NCBI GenBank assembly: GCA_964035545.1
Contig: OZ037767.1
Location: forward strand, 12,881,801-12,945,800
DNA length: 64,000 bases
Direction of reading: 5' to 3'
Source: Bugula neritina
Taxonomy: Eukaryota; Animalia; Bryozoa
The notes below the pieces were generated by a model that worked only from the letters and a program-made list of their open reading frames with translations, made no database searches and was not told the DNA's origin. Shown here piece by piece: positions 12,601 through 26,628 of the stretch; the first letter of the stretch is position 1; every line of letters begins with the position of its first letter. Both the position numbers and the translations under genes were made by a program.

Positions 12601-15600
12601 GGTGGAAGGTGCGCACCAGAAAATCCAACTCGCCAGCAGTCTGAATTAGTTGACTGTGCGGAGAAAGATCTTGGTGCAGTGCGTTAACCCCTTCACAGAG
12701 TCGGTGAAGCTACCGGCTGGGTCCATAGTGGGCAGATTTTACTCCACTCAAGAAAGAGATATAGGACCGTCGTTAGGAGACACAACGGAAGATCTCCGTC
12801 AAACGACATAAGGGAGCCAGGAACCCGTCCCACCACACATCAAATAATTGTACGAGGCAGCCTGTCACGGCTGTGCCTGTAACGGAGAACGCCCGCCTAT
12901 GAAAAAGTTACTGCGCAAGTACAACTACGTATTCAGCAGTGGGAACCATGACGTCGGCCTGACCCAAGCCGTCCGTCATGAGATACCGCTGGCTGCGAGG
13001 ACTGTTCTGTTCTGACAACCTACACATAGGTTGGGGCCGAAAAAAAGAAGGAGGTAAGCCGGCAAGTCCGGGATCTTCTGGACCGCAGGCTCATAGAGCC
13101 AGCCCATAGTGCATGGAGCTCACCGATCGTGTTGGTCTGGAAGAAAGACGGGAGTTGGCGGTTCTGTGTGGATTACCGCAAACTTAACAGTGTGACCATA
13201 CAGCAAGCCTACCCTCTTCGCCGTATCGATGAATCTTTAGACGCCTTAGCCGGCAGCAAGTACTTCAGTATGCTAGACTTGCTGAGCGGGTACTGGCAGG
13301 TCCCTCTCAGTCCCGATGCTCAGGATAAGGCTGCATTCATAACATGGGAAGAACTCTGGAAATGGGAAGTGTTGCCATTTGGCTTGACCTCCACCCCGGC
13401 CACTTTTCAAAGACTCATGGAGCAGGTCCTCAGCGGCCTTCACTAGAAAACATTGTTGATCTACCTTGATGGCATCGTCGTAATCTCCCCAGATTTCACG
13501 ATTCACCTCAGCCGTCTGAGAGAAGTTTTTGGACGACTCAGATGTGCCGGTCGAAAGCTGAAACCTTTTAAGTGCGCTTTGCGACAGCTGGAGGTTAAGT
13601 ACCTGGGGTACGTCGTCGGTCGAAACAGCGTGGCGATGGATCTTGAAAAGGCACGGGCAGTGGAAGACTGGGTCACCCCCCAGAATTTACCCAGACTGCC
13701 TGCATTCCTGGGCTTGGTAGGGTTTTACCGGCAATACATACCAAACTTAGTAGAAATAGCACAGCCGCTAAACCGGCTCACCACAAAGGAAGTTCCTTGG
13801 CAGTGATCTCTGGTCAAACAACAGGCGTTCGACCGCCTTAAAGGCTGCTTGCTAAAAGCACCTAACTTGGCGTACCCTGACCTCAATCGAGAGTACATCT
13901 TGGACACAGACGCCAGTGACCACAATGTCGGCGCTGTGTTTTCACATGTTCAGGAGGGCCGAGAGGCGGTAGTAGCCTACTACAGTAAGTCTCTCTCAGT
14001 TACTGAAAAGAATTACTGCACTACCAGTAAGGAACTTTTGGCAGTAATCAAAGCAGTAAAGCATTTTCGGCCTTATCTGTACAGCAGACAGTTCCGGTTG
14101 CGTACGGCCTATGGCTTAGTGATTTGGCTGTACAAGACAGCATAACCATCAAGTCAGGTCGACTGGTGGCTCGAAATCCTGGTCGAGTTTTTTTATTTGA
14201 TAGAACACCGACTTGGCAAGAAACACGGCAATGCAAATGGCTTGAGCAGGCGACCAAATGGGGGATGTAGACAGTGTTTCGCTATTGAGAAGTGGGATGG
14301 AGGCCCCTCATGATTCAATTTAGAGACACTGAATGACAACGGGATGGAGCATTGTTGAAACCATGGCCAACTAAAACCAATAGCTGGCAAGGATACGGAG
14401 GCTGTAAAGGCCTTTCCTCACCAACCTCATCTTGACCTGTAACGTCACAGAGCTGAGGAAACTCCAGGAAAGTCTTCTAGGGGTGGTAGTCAGCGTGTAT
14501 TGGGCCAAGAAGAAAAAGAGGCGGCCTAGTGAAGAACAACTGAAGCAGGAATTCGTCGAATTCCTGCTGTTCTGCCAGCGTTGGGACTCACTGGGAATCA
14601 ACGATAATGGACTGCTAGCCATCACGCTAGCTGCCAACAGCAGACAAACGGCTGCCATACGCTGAGAGTTTATTTGGGATACCTACAAGCAGGTTCACGC
14701 AAAAATACAAAGGGTGATCACCAAGCTACAACTCCGGTGGTACTGGCCCAAGGATGGGGCGCGACGTGCGGCTCAGAATGAGACAGTGCGATGTCTGCCA
14801 GGCCAGTAAGCATGGTTGTCTTTCTGGTGAAGCGGGACAGCGGAGGTTATATGCTGGCCGGCCTTGGCAAGTGGTAGCTGTCAACCTGGCCGGGCCCATA
14901 CCCTCAACACCTCGAAACAACAAATGGATATTGGTACTAACGGACCACTTTACTAAGTGGGCTGATGCTCTGGCTATTACAGAAGCATCGGCTCCTACGA
15001 TGGCCAGAACGCTAGATTAGAATGTATACTGTTACTTTGGCCTCCCCGAACAGATACATTTGGACAAAGGCGCTCAGTTCCAGTTTCAACTGATGAGTGA
15101 CCTCTGTTGCCTCTGGGGGTGAACCACAGCAAGACTACTCTCTACCATTCACAAGGTAACAGGGTGGTAGAGCGCAATAACCGTATGCTGGGTGATGCGC
15201 TCCTGCTCCTCGTCCGCGGTCAAGAGAAATGGGACATGGTGCTCCTGCAAGTCATGCGGGCTTATCACAGCACTCTACACACCAATACTAGTGAGACCCC
15301 CAACCTCTTGATGCTCGGTCAAGAAATCCGGGTTCCTGACTACTTTACCTACCACGTTCCTGACCATGAGATCTCTGCCCATAAGTATGTAGGTGAACTG
15401 GTAGAACGTATGAGGGCTGCACACAAAATGCTTCGAGAGAAGCAATGGCTGGTGCAGACCGAGGATTCTGATAAGCCTCTTCTCTATTAGGTAAAGGATT
15501 GAGTCTGGATGGCCAACCACCGCAGGCGTCGCAGACAAGCGGCTAAATTACAGCCCAAGTTTGTGGGCCCCTACCTGGTAGTCGAGGTAATGCCCAACCA

Positions 15601-18162
15601 TACCTTCAAGATCAAGTGCTTGGAACATGTGTCTATTCAGAATGAGGCTAACTTGAAGCCGTATTGGGCTAACTCTGATGCGGTGGGAGAAGCCCCCCCA
15701 TTGCTGGAGCTCAAGAGGCAGACTGCAATGAGCAGGCAACAGCAGCACGGACCTGAGTATGAGGTCACAGTGCCGCGGGAGGAAGATCTAGGAAGAGACA
15801 AGCGATCATTTCCACCACCACAAGTGCAAACCAGATCTGACGCCCTCACTTCCAGAACTCGAGCCGGGCCTGGAAGTGGAGACCCCTGCAGAGGAGAGGC
15901 ACCTCACCGTGAAAACCTTTGGAAAAGTCGAGGCGGAGCCATTCATCTCCAAACCGGTAGCCCCACCCGTAGAGCTTTCGAGTCCACTAATAGAAGCACC
16001 GTCCTTTTTAGAGAGGGGCCAACACAGCAGACAACCTTCAACTTACTTCCAGGATTTCGTGTGTGACTGCGTTGGAAGCGGTCCAACGATAAGTTATGTG
16101 AAAGGTTGTCATACCGAGTGTGAGAGTTGTAGACTTGGGAGAGAAAGTGAAAATAACTTTTACGAGAGCGGAGCAGTGAGTGGAATCAATCCGCCCGAGG
16201 CAAAGAGCCCCAGTCACGTGCAACAAACACCCTGTTTAGCCCTTTCTTTTGCTGACATTGTTAATGGCAGACGTGTAAACACTTTTTCTTCAAAATTATC
16301 CTCAAACGTTGAGTATGCCTAAGAGTACCAAGTTCAGAAGTAAGTCACTCTAAATCAGTATCCTTATCTATAGAAACGGGTCTGTTATCAGCTAATCCTG
16401 GCTTGATTGATTCACTTGAGTCAGAGTTACTGGAAACCATGTCACTTACATATGACAACAAAGACATAGTAATGGCTGACAATCTTTTAGATCTTGAGCT
16501 AGACACTATGGTTCTTAGTCAGTCTACGCATTCAACTACTGTCTATCGAGTGCCTTATAAAAGGGTTCGTGACTCTCAGACTACAGAACGCCGGTTTTTA
16601 CAAGAATTATATTGTAACGATCAACCTCGATCTAACAATAATTCTGCTCTTTTAGACACCACTCGTGCTCTGCCTCTTTCAGGGATGCCCTCACTAGAAA
16701 TGGCCTGGGATCTGGATTGCACGCAATCCACCACAACGCTTCCAGTGACTAGCCGCAAATTACCACACGCTTTCAAGACCAAGCTTTGTTGGACGGCGCT
16801 GGAGACGGAGCGCATCATTTTACAAAAAGGGGTAATGCTGACAATACCACCTGCTATCTATGTCCGCAGCACTTTACGACCCCCGCAGGCTGCGAGTCTA
16901 CATACCGCAACACTATGTCACCACTTTCTGCTGATGCAGGGAATACAGTTATCATCAAGACTATGTATTACAGCACCAACGCACAATGAATTGCTTCACG
17001 GGACACATCTTCGATGTAAATAAATTGTCATACCCCACATTCTTCGAGCTAATTCAACCCTTTTTGTAGGACCCATCTAACTTGGAACGATTGCTACAAG
17101 AATTTCCAGCTCTCAGGGCCTTTACCCAAGGACCTGTTCCCAAACCTCCAAACTACAGGAAACCCGGTGCTACTCACAAGGAACCTAACCCCTTGTCCTT
17201 ACCTGGTTCCCTGCTCCACGTTGTGCAGCAGCGAGTAGATTTCCAATCCTCCCGCACAAGAAAGGTGGTGGAACTCTCCTTCTCTGCCCAGAACTCATTC
17301 TTCAGCCCGAAACTTGAGAGAGATAGAAAGCCACATGACAGAATTAGAAGGAGAGATACACAGACTTTCCCCTAGGATATTAGCAACAGCAAAAGAATTA
17401 CAGACCCTACGGGATTCAGTCTCTAGACTCAAGCGGTCAGAACGTAACAAGTGAGCACTAGCCTGCTACCTGCGTGATACTCATCCAGCCTGTGTGGCAC
17501 ATTCTCTATCTCATTTTCATTTGAGACAATCTGTGTGATGTTCTTCCAGTACATTGCCGATATTTGCCCGACCCTGTAACGTGCTTAATATCTAGCATGG
17601 TTAATCATGTGTTTATATCTTTCTTTATTTTATATATATATCAGGCGCAATTTTATTTGGATGGTATCCGTCTTTCTTTTATTTTGTTTTATATTTTTTT
17701 GGATGCATGTACAGATTATATCTTACATTTTGCATATTTTGTTTGGTACACTTCTCTGCTATAGTATAATTCTCAGGAAGTGGACTTCCTGCTGGAGGGG
17801 TGGTGTAATGGCTAATAGAACTGCAGTCATGGCGTTTGCTCTATAACGTTTATTTGTAATGCTGATCGAAACAATTTGGCCAGTATACGAGCATTTACTG
17901 AAGGACCTATTGAAACAAAAGTAGTAGAGCGACTAGGCTAGTTGTAAATAGATGATATATATCTAGCTGTAACGATATATTGAATATTTTGTATCTTGCC
18001 ATAACTAAATGTAACTCGTTTTATATTTTATATTGTTGCATATATACATTCTTATTCACCCTGTACATCAAGCGCCGTCTCTTCTTGATTGCATAGTTAA
18101 AAATGTAGTCATTGAAAGCACATGAAACCCATCATAGTAACATAATCTCAAGAATTATAACA
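9648..18162 (+). mobile_element. Full-length degenerate Ty3/Gypsy LTR retrotransposon (Gypsy-A1)
   Basis: 5' LTR 9648-10794 (with MITE insert), 3' LTR 17804-18162, tRNA-Leu-type PBS TGGTGGCAGCGGTAGGATT 10796-10814, PPT before 17804, TSD ATAT/ATAC; gag with CWECGGCGH knuckle, protease LDSG, RT (WRFCVDYRKLN, YLDG), RNase H (DTDAS), integrase with GPY motif; many stops and frameshifts. Confidence 0.95.
9761..10516 (+). mobile_element. 756-bp non-autonomous DNA transposon (CMC/EnSpm-like MITE), copy 1
   Basis: TIR CACAGGATAGTTAAGGGCA, 2-bp TSD TG; absent from the 3' LTR; second copy at 58806-59561. Confidence 0.9.
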
Positions 18163-18329
18163 ATACGAATAGAATGATGCTTGCAACAACCGTTTTACAC
18201 AAGATACATTACAGTTGCTATAAATGTAAAACTTGTTAATTGAATGCAAATAGGCATAGCAATACTACTTAATTTATGCTATTTTTAAAATTTTTAGTAT
18301 ATGTTCGACATGTATATTATATGCATATA

Positions 18330-18625
<296 letters not shown>

Positions 18626-18866
18626 TTAATAACTTTTGAAAAAAGATTTTTGGTTCAATTTGCATATTTAGTTATAGTTTTAAAATTTGTTGGTTGTCAA
18701 TTGCTATCAAAAAAGATTTATAAGCGTTATAATTGTTATCTTTATCTATTTAAAGTAAAGCTTTTTAACAATTTTGTAGTTTTAGCATAGATTATCATAC
18801 TAATACTGCATATCACTTGATCAATATGCATTATAAGCATTTCCAAGGTTGTTAGTGTATTTTTAG

Positions 18867-20073
18867 TTGTGACTGCATCACCAGTAATATTAGATGTGAA
18901 TCAATGTAACAACCCAGATATGAATGATTGTAGTCTTGATGCTGAATGCACTAATACTGACGGATATTACATTTGCACTTGTAATGAAGGTGAGTTTATA
19001 TGTGCGTGTGTTTGTGGGTTTGTGTGTGCATGCCATGCGTGCTTGCACAAAACAATATGCATAAAGCCTAAGGACTACAGTTGAACATGATGTTAAATTA
19101 CCAGCATTACTCTAGTATATAAATACTATAACAATATGTACATTCTAACACTATAATATGAAAATATTTATTTGAACTAACACAATTGTGATTATACTCA
19201 TTTTGCAATGTATAATAAATCACATGTATTGGTGGTTGCTGCTCACAAGTTATACACAAGTTTCTTAGATATTAAATTTTTTTTTTGCCGTTACAGAATA
19301 CCCTGCATATTTCTCATAGCTCTTGGATTTGAGAGGTAGGATTTGTGCTCAATCCTGTGAGAATTTTGCTTGTCAAACAACCCACGTCTGTAAGCAGGTA
19401 CCTGAAGATGAGCTAAAATGTGCTTGTGAAGGTAACAGACATTTTGCTTTACAGGTTATGATTTACTTATTGTTTGTTGCAGTGCGTATGATAATATATA
19501 TAAGTAATACAAAAATAAGTAGCTGCGTCTCTTTTGTAATAGTCAACGAAAAATTTGATTTTTTTTTTATATTTCTATACTCATGCGTTTTCTATCTAAG
19601 TTGTATTTTATGTTTTGACTTTGAAACCAAGCGGAAGCAAAGATTGTTGAAACATTTGATCTAGTGTTTTAATTGTAAATTATAATTGTTGCTTTTTACA
19701 GCATTGTGTGTTTTGTTTGAAAACTTGTATACATATTAGTTACAAAACCTTAAATTAAAAGTGCGACAATTGATTTGAAATGTAACAAACTATGAACATA
19801 TTGTATGCTGCAGCCGGCTATAAAACCTAAATTCTAATATACTTAACTTTGTTTATTGTGCTCACTGGATATAGATAGTAGTAGGTAGAATCTCTCTTCT
19901 CACAGTCACAGTGATCATTATCACACTGTGTGCCTGCTGCTTCAAGGGAGCTATAGCTCCAACGGTAAAACTCAAAGGATTCACAAGGAATAGAAAACAT
20001 GACCATGTATATGAATTCTTTCAACAATAGAAGAATGAGAGCTCCAACTCACTTTTATGCTGACAGAAATTAA
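18867..20073 (+). pseudogene. 3' remnant (EGF-Ca, EGF-like, TM exons) of a protease-mucin family paralog
   Basis: Exons 18867-18989 (123 nt), 19297-19431 (135 nt, in-frame TAG 19317-19319), ~19852-20073 (TM exon, TAG 19872-19874, acceptor lost); same exon sizes and sequence as the last three exons of the 21789-39690 gene; no upstream exons found. Confidence 0.8.
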
Positions 20074-21788
20074 GCAATGCGCCTGTATAGCAGTGTTTAT
20101 TTTTATTACAATATGTAGCCCAGGTTTTGCTTTGAACTGTTATTCCCTGCTTTTATTTATATTTATATTGTTTATAAGACCTCCTTCTTGAAAATAATGG
20201 TCACTATATAATTAAATTACTTTGCTTGATCGTTATGAATCAAAGTTTTCACTTTTATTTTTTTATGGTATTTCCAATATAGTTTTGCACCTTGTTTGGA
20301 AATCAACAAAATCACTTTTCACTAAATTTTGAGCACAACTCAAATAGAAAAAGCTACTTCACTAATCTGATATAGGATGCCATTTTTATATGCTATAACA
20401 CTGGTTTTGGTAGTTTGCATTTTGGTTTGTGTGATTCAGTTATTTAAAATACATTATATTAAAAATAAAAATTTCGATACGGAAATGCATTTATCATGAA
20501 ATAAATATAATAGTATTATTAGAGCCTGCAATATTTGGCTTAAGTTTGTGACAAAACTGTAAGCATCATGCCATAAAAAATGAAATAATTGAAAGAGCTA
20601 AATATTAGTGATATTATAAAATGTTGTGAGCTAAAAGTTATTAAAATTTTTTGATCTAGAAAACAATTTAAATAATAAATGTCATTCTAACTTTATGCTT
20701 TAAAATAAATACAAGATCTTTTTAAGGAGTGCTTGAACATAAATTTTCAAAACCAATGTTGGCCATCTCCAACTGCTATAGTAAACTATACATGTTATAA
20801 AGCATGAAATAGAAAATGAGATAATGCTTGATAGTACAGAAATTGATGTTGTTATGAAGAATTTTTGCTTTCTTTAACGAGCTCAAAATTTATGCTTTCT
20901 CTGATTATTATACGTAAGCTACTTGTTTTTTATATACTTGTATTAGCTTTGCATTTCTAAAAATTTAGAATGGCATTTATGGCACCTATATGAATGCAAA
21001 TTTTTACAATATATTAGTCAAACGAACAAGCTTAAAAGTCCACTGAAAACTAGTAAGAGTATATAGTAACTATAACATAATAACAGTAAAAAGTATGTAT
21101 ACAACATTAACTTTGTAATGCTATAAAATATTTGATATAATATAAATGTAAGGCATGCTTTGAACGAATTTTTGTTATTGGTCTCTTCAAAACAAAAACA
21201 GTGCTCATTTGAAATATTTCTTGATGATTATTTGAAAAAAAAATCACCAATTAAACTCTAAAAATGCAATATCTTTGTTTAATTATTCTATTGAATCAAA
21301 AATAAAAAAAGCTTTTTATTAGCTTATAATCAAACAGAAATAGTTATTGCGTCATTTCAAAATACGTAAGTAAGTTTGATTCATAAACTGAAAGTAGAGT
21401 AACATGTTACCCCACCCAGCATGTAATATGAGTATCATAGCATCCAGTAGGTCAATTATATTGTCTAGAATAAGTGGTTCAGCCTTACCTCATTGATTTC
21501 TATTTGTATAGTTTCTATTTAAGCTCTTACAATTGGAATAATACTCGCTATTGTTAACAATAGATTTATACAATAGTGTCAGTGCATATATAGAGTCAGG
21601 CGTGACCATTTTTGCAATCAACTATAAAGAATAAAACACTGCGATGTTTTTGCAATGTAATAGTTTGCTTACTGTTTGTCAAGCAAGCAAGACATGTAAA
21701 GATACTGGTAGTCAAAGTGTTGCATGAAAATCTGTGAGAGATAATTGTCGAAAAGATTTATCCTCCGTTATAACTCAACTATATTATA

Positions 21789-21924
21789 ATGGAGCAGATA
21801 CTGTTTCTGATCCTTGTACTGGCTGCTACTAGCAATTCAGGTTTGTGTATGTGTAAATCAACATTCTGTACTTTGAATAGTGGCTAAAATATTGAATAAA
21901 GTATATAATATATATATATATAAT

Positions 21925-22018
<94 letters not shown>

Positions 22019-25000
22019 AACTGATAATGTTAGTGTTGATGCTATGATCATGAAGATAGTTCAACTTTTATAAAAGCTAATTTATTTTAGATTGATTATA
22101 CATAATCTTTCAAGTAAATTGTTTGATCACATTTGATGTATGCATATGTACATGTATCTCTACACGTACAAGTACAACTTTGTACATATACATTCTATGC
22201 ATACATTCATGTATGCCCATGTATGCTAACATAAGTACGGGTATGTACCATATATACCTTTACCAAAATTTGAATAACTTAGCAAAGCAGAAAAACAGCC
22301 AATGCAAGTAAGTCTAAACTAAGTTAAAAAAAAGCTTTTACAACTATTTTGAATGAAAACACAGCAATTGTGTTGGTGAAGCAAAAATAAACATCGATTA
22401 TTTGCAGTTTCTAGCCGCCAAAAGTTCTAACATTAGCTTCTTGTTGAATCCAAAGACTAGTAAGTGCTTTTGAAGCAAGGCATTTTAAACCTCTCAGTTG
22501 ATAAATTGTTGTTCAGTTAATGTTTATCTTACAGAGTGGATAGCACAGCATTCTGGACTACCTCCTAGCTCAGAGAAGAAACCAAACACCTTTTCTCTAA
22601 ACATAACCTGGCAGGGCGAGGGTGACTCTGCCCCAAAGACTGTGACTCTCAACCTTCAGAGAAGCGAGGCTATAGAAAGCCGACTGCCAATATATAAACT
22701 AGATAAAGATGGCAAGCCATATCAAGCCTCTCTCTCCCATTTAAAGGTAGAGTAATAGTTATTACCATTTTAATTCCAGTTGAAATTATTTTACAAAAGT
22801 TTGGGTATCAGCACTTTGTTAACAAGTTTGTATGATTCAAAAATTAGCAGCAACTTTAACTTTTCTATATCCTGTTTGTGTTTTTGCTATTAGGTGAACA
22901 TTGCACTGAAGTCATTGTTGTATTCAAGGTCAAACTATATAAGGTGTATTGTCACGGTTGTTGGTTGAATAAACCAAAACTAAACCTTAAGACAAAACGT
23001 GTTTAGTATTCACCTATTGATCTGAATCAAACGATCGAACATACAATAGGTGAAACTCCGGGTGTGGTTAGCAAGTTGATGATTTGTATACTATGAAAGC
23101 ATTGATGACGTATGAAGCTGTGGTTGGGTGTTGCTTTTTATGTGCCATTGCAATTATCTTTGCTCGAAAAGATTTGAACTTTAGGACAAAGCCCAAAATA
23201 AATAGTTATATGTATCTTGACGCAGGCATTATAGAACTGATTAGGCGTGTTTGCTTATCTACAAATAAAAGAAACTTTCTCTTCAAATATTCTGCATGTC
23301 TTAGTGAACATAGCATCTTAGATTACTGGTTAATTTAGCAAATATTACTGGCATTTTAGCATTTCCAATTTCTCAAGCCAGCTCAACTTTTTTTTAGCTT
23401 GATGAATAGGTTAATTTCAGAATCACAAATAAAATATATGAATAAGATAGAATCATTCTACTAACAATGGTTTATTACAGTAGGGGAGTTATTATTGATC
23501 TATAGTTGTTGTTATGGTGGTTTTGATTCATTCAAAACAAACTGTTTTTGTGCGAAAGTAACAAGAAAAACATCTAACATGCAAATACTATGAATTAACT
23601 GGAAATAAAAAAGTATTTTCTTATAAGGGAAAATTTAAATACAGTTTGATTATTTTATGATTAATATGTTATAATGTATACATATTATGTAGTATGTGTA
23701 CATTACATAACTTTTAAGTGCATATTACATAATTTGTATATGTATTATAATATAATATATGCATATTATTAACTTGCATATGTATTTTATAATAGAAAAA
23801 AATATGCTTTCTGTCCCTCTTTTTGCAGTTTGCTGTTACATTTCATACTAGGTCAGAATTAGGATTTTGTTTTTTCATACATATCATATTCTTCTATCTA
23901 GATTCTCGCTTTCTGTAGCCTATATCTGATACATGTAATAGCCGGGTGCAACATTCTTGCATTGTTGCCTTTGCAAAAATATACACATTTAACTATAGAA
24001 ACTAATAACAAATTGAATGATAATAAAAAGCAAATGCTGTAACAGCACATAACAATACTAGAAAGCAGAAGTTTTATAATCTTCCCTTCCTTTAAATTTA
24101 TTTATACCTGGTTATATATGCATAATTTTTGTAAACATAGAAGAACTGACTTCATTCATTTAAATGACATTTGTTAAACAATTAATGCATTTCTAAGGCT
24201 TTGATTTATATTGGGCCAACTAAAATCAAAATTCTGACTTTAATATGCCTATAATATTTTACTCTTACTATATAATATATTAATTATTTTCCTCCTTCTT
24301 TATAATTGTGTAATATATTGTATACATGCATTATGGAACATAATTATTGTAGACATGAGCAGCAAGATAGTTTGCAATTATTACTAATTATATAAAAAAT
24401 TTATAATAATAGAGTGTAACAGAGTTATTTCAGTATTTACGTCTAATAAACAAATAAAAAAAATATGCTTTGACTCACATTCTCTACATAATTATAGTCA
24501 TTAGCTTAATAAACTTAAAAAATCTAGTTATATTGCTTGTAATTCTATACAAAACAGTCTGTTGGATTTTGAGATAGCTGATTTATGTTGTTGCATGTTG
24601 TGCAGTAAGATGTTTGTAGATAGTTATTATTAGGCACCTAATGCAAAAGTTATATAGGCATTGCATTTTTTCTTCAATAATATGAAAGTAGTAAGAAAAT
24701 AGATTATATATATTAGTATATACCAAAGCTTGCAGGTAACAATTGTTCGCCATATAACAAACATAAAATGACAGGAAGTAATGGTTGCGTAAACATTGAA
24801 GTGTATAATTTTATAAAACAACAATTAGGAAAACATAATTTTAATGTCGCCTAGAGAAACCTTTGATAAAAAAGGCTTTTTATAAAGACTAGCTAAGGAC
24901 TTATTCATATATGAAACAGGAGCAATTATAATGAATCACCTTTAGTGAGGTTCGAACTTATGATTTTGTGCTTACTAAGCAAACCCTTTAACTCCTAGAC

Positions 25001-26556
25001 CACAAATGTATATTTCAATATGCTAGGATTAGGTGGGCACACAATTTAATTGAATAAATTGACTCACTTTGGTCTCCAAAATGTAATAAGTTTCCCCCTG
25101 AACATTTGTTTGATTCTATTTTTAGCACTCAACATTTTACAATGATTTAAAAACGATGTCTTCTATTTCTCTTACAAGTTTCACCCAAGAAGATATGAAT
25201 GTGGTGAGTAGTGCAGTATGTGTTAAATGTTAGATTACAAACCATACATTTGATGTAAATGTTTATTTAATGCATCCTTACCCATCTCCACTCTCTATAG
25301 TGGGTAAACATTTATTTCATATTATAGCTAAGTTACGAAAACTTTTTAAAATTAATATTTTTGACTTTTAATTAAAGATATAAAAACTTTCAGTTTGTAA
25401 TCATTTTCTTTATGGTTTATTACTCCACTTGCTCTATCAATCTAACTCTAAGACCTAAGTAATCAACCAAGAATCTTTATAAAAAGCTTTTGAGGGTTAT
25501 GTAGTCAAAGCTTTGAAGCTGCATTCATAAATAATAAAAGAAAATAATTGTTAATATCTTAATGAGTATAAAAAGCTTAGGGCCTACCAGTAACAAAAGG
25601 AGTATCTTATTTCAAAAATATTAGAAAACCATAATCGGTACCACAAAAAAACTTATAATGAAATTAATGAAAGTAAGTTCTCCCTTCATATCTCAAGCAG
25701 TTCCATTTCTCACGAAGCTTCATAAATTTCTAAAAAGGTTTAAACTTCTGTTTTGCGGCTTATGTGTGTGTTTATAGAGGCAAAATGGCCAAATTAGTGA
25801 GTTAACCAGCATTCTGCTATGTCACAAATAGATACCCTAACTTTAGTGAGATATGGAGGGTGTGCTGTATTTTGATATAGATATAATTTGTTGTCTTGAA
25901 ACCTGATGAATGATTTTGCAAAACGTTTAGTATAATATTATGATAGAAATCTGCATATAGTTTCTTATTATTGGCAATAGATTTTTTTTAAAGTTTTGCT
26001 ATATGTACCTAAAAGGGTGTAATATATAATACACTGCATTCATAATATTATCAACTTCATTTATAGCAAATACTTGTTTATATTGTTCAAAACCATTAGA
26101 ATTTTAATGACTGTTCTATTGTTTACAGCACGGCAGTTTCATGTCTGGAGATGATAAGTATGACATTCAGCCGTATCAACCGAGAATACACAAGAGAAGT
26201 ACATCAGCTGGAAAAGGAGATCATATTATAACCAAGAGAGAAGTTAACAAGACGATTGAAAATAATGATTATGTCTGTAAGTAAAAGTACCGAATGAAAA
26301 GAATTAACTTTCTAGGTAGTCAAATTAAATTATTTTTTATTGTTTTTTGTACTTTAGCTGTAAAATGCTCATCAAATTGCCCAAGCAGCTACAGAATTTT
26401 ATCAAAAGTTAAAATTAAAAATTATTGATGGCATTATTGCATTGACTAGTTTCAAAAGAATGTAGATCACTATTGAATAGCGTCTAAAAAATGAAAAGTG
26501 ATATTTGATATGATAAAGTTTTGATTTGGCTAACTTTGCTTGCCTTCAAGTGCAGC

Positions 26557-26628
<72 letters not shown>

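Larger units (their letters stand above)
9415..18325 (+). repeat. Interspersed (TA)n-anchored repeat, copy 3, split by Gypsy insertion (9415-9647 and 18163-18325)
   Basis: The two halves join to give the copy 1 sequence; followed by the (TA)n tract at 18330-18622. Confidence 0.75.

Noticed and set aside
21623-21628. TATAAA about 165 bp upstream of the gene A start codon
   Set aside because: Too frequent in AT-rich DNA to call a promoter without TSS data.
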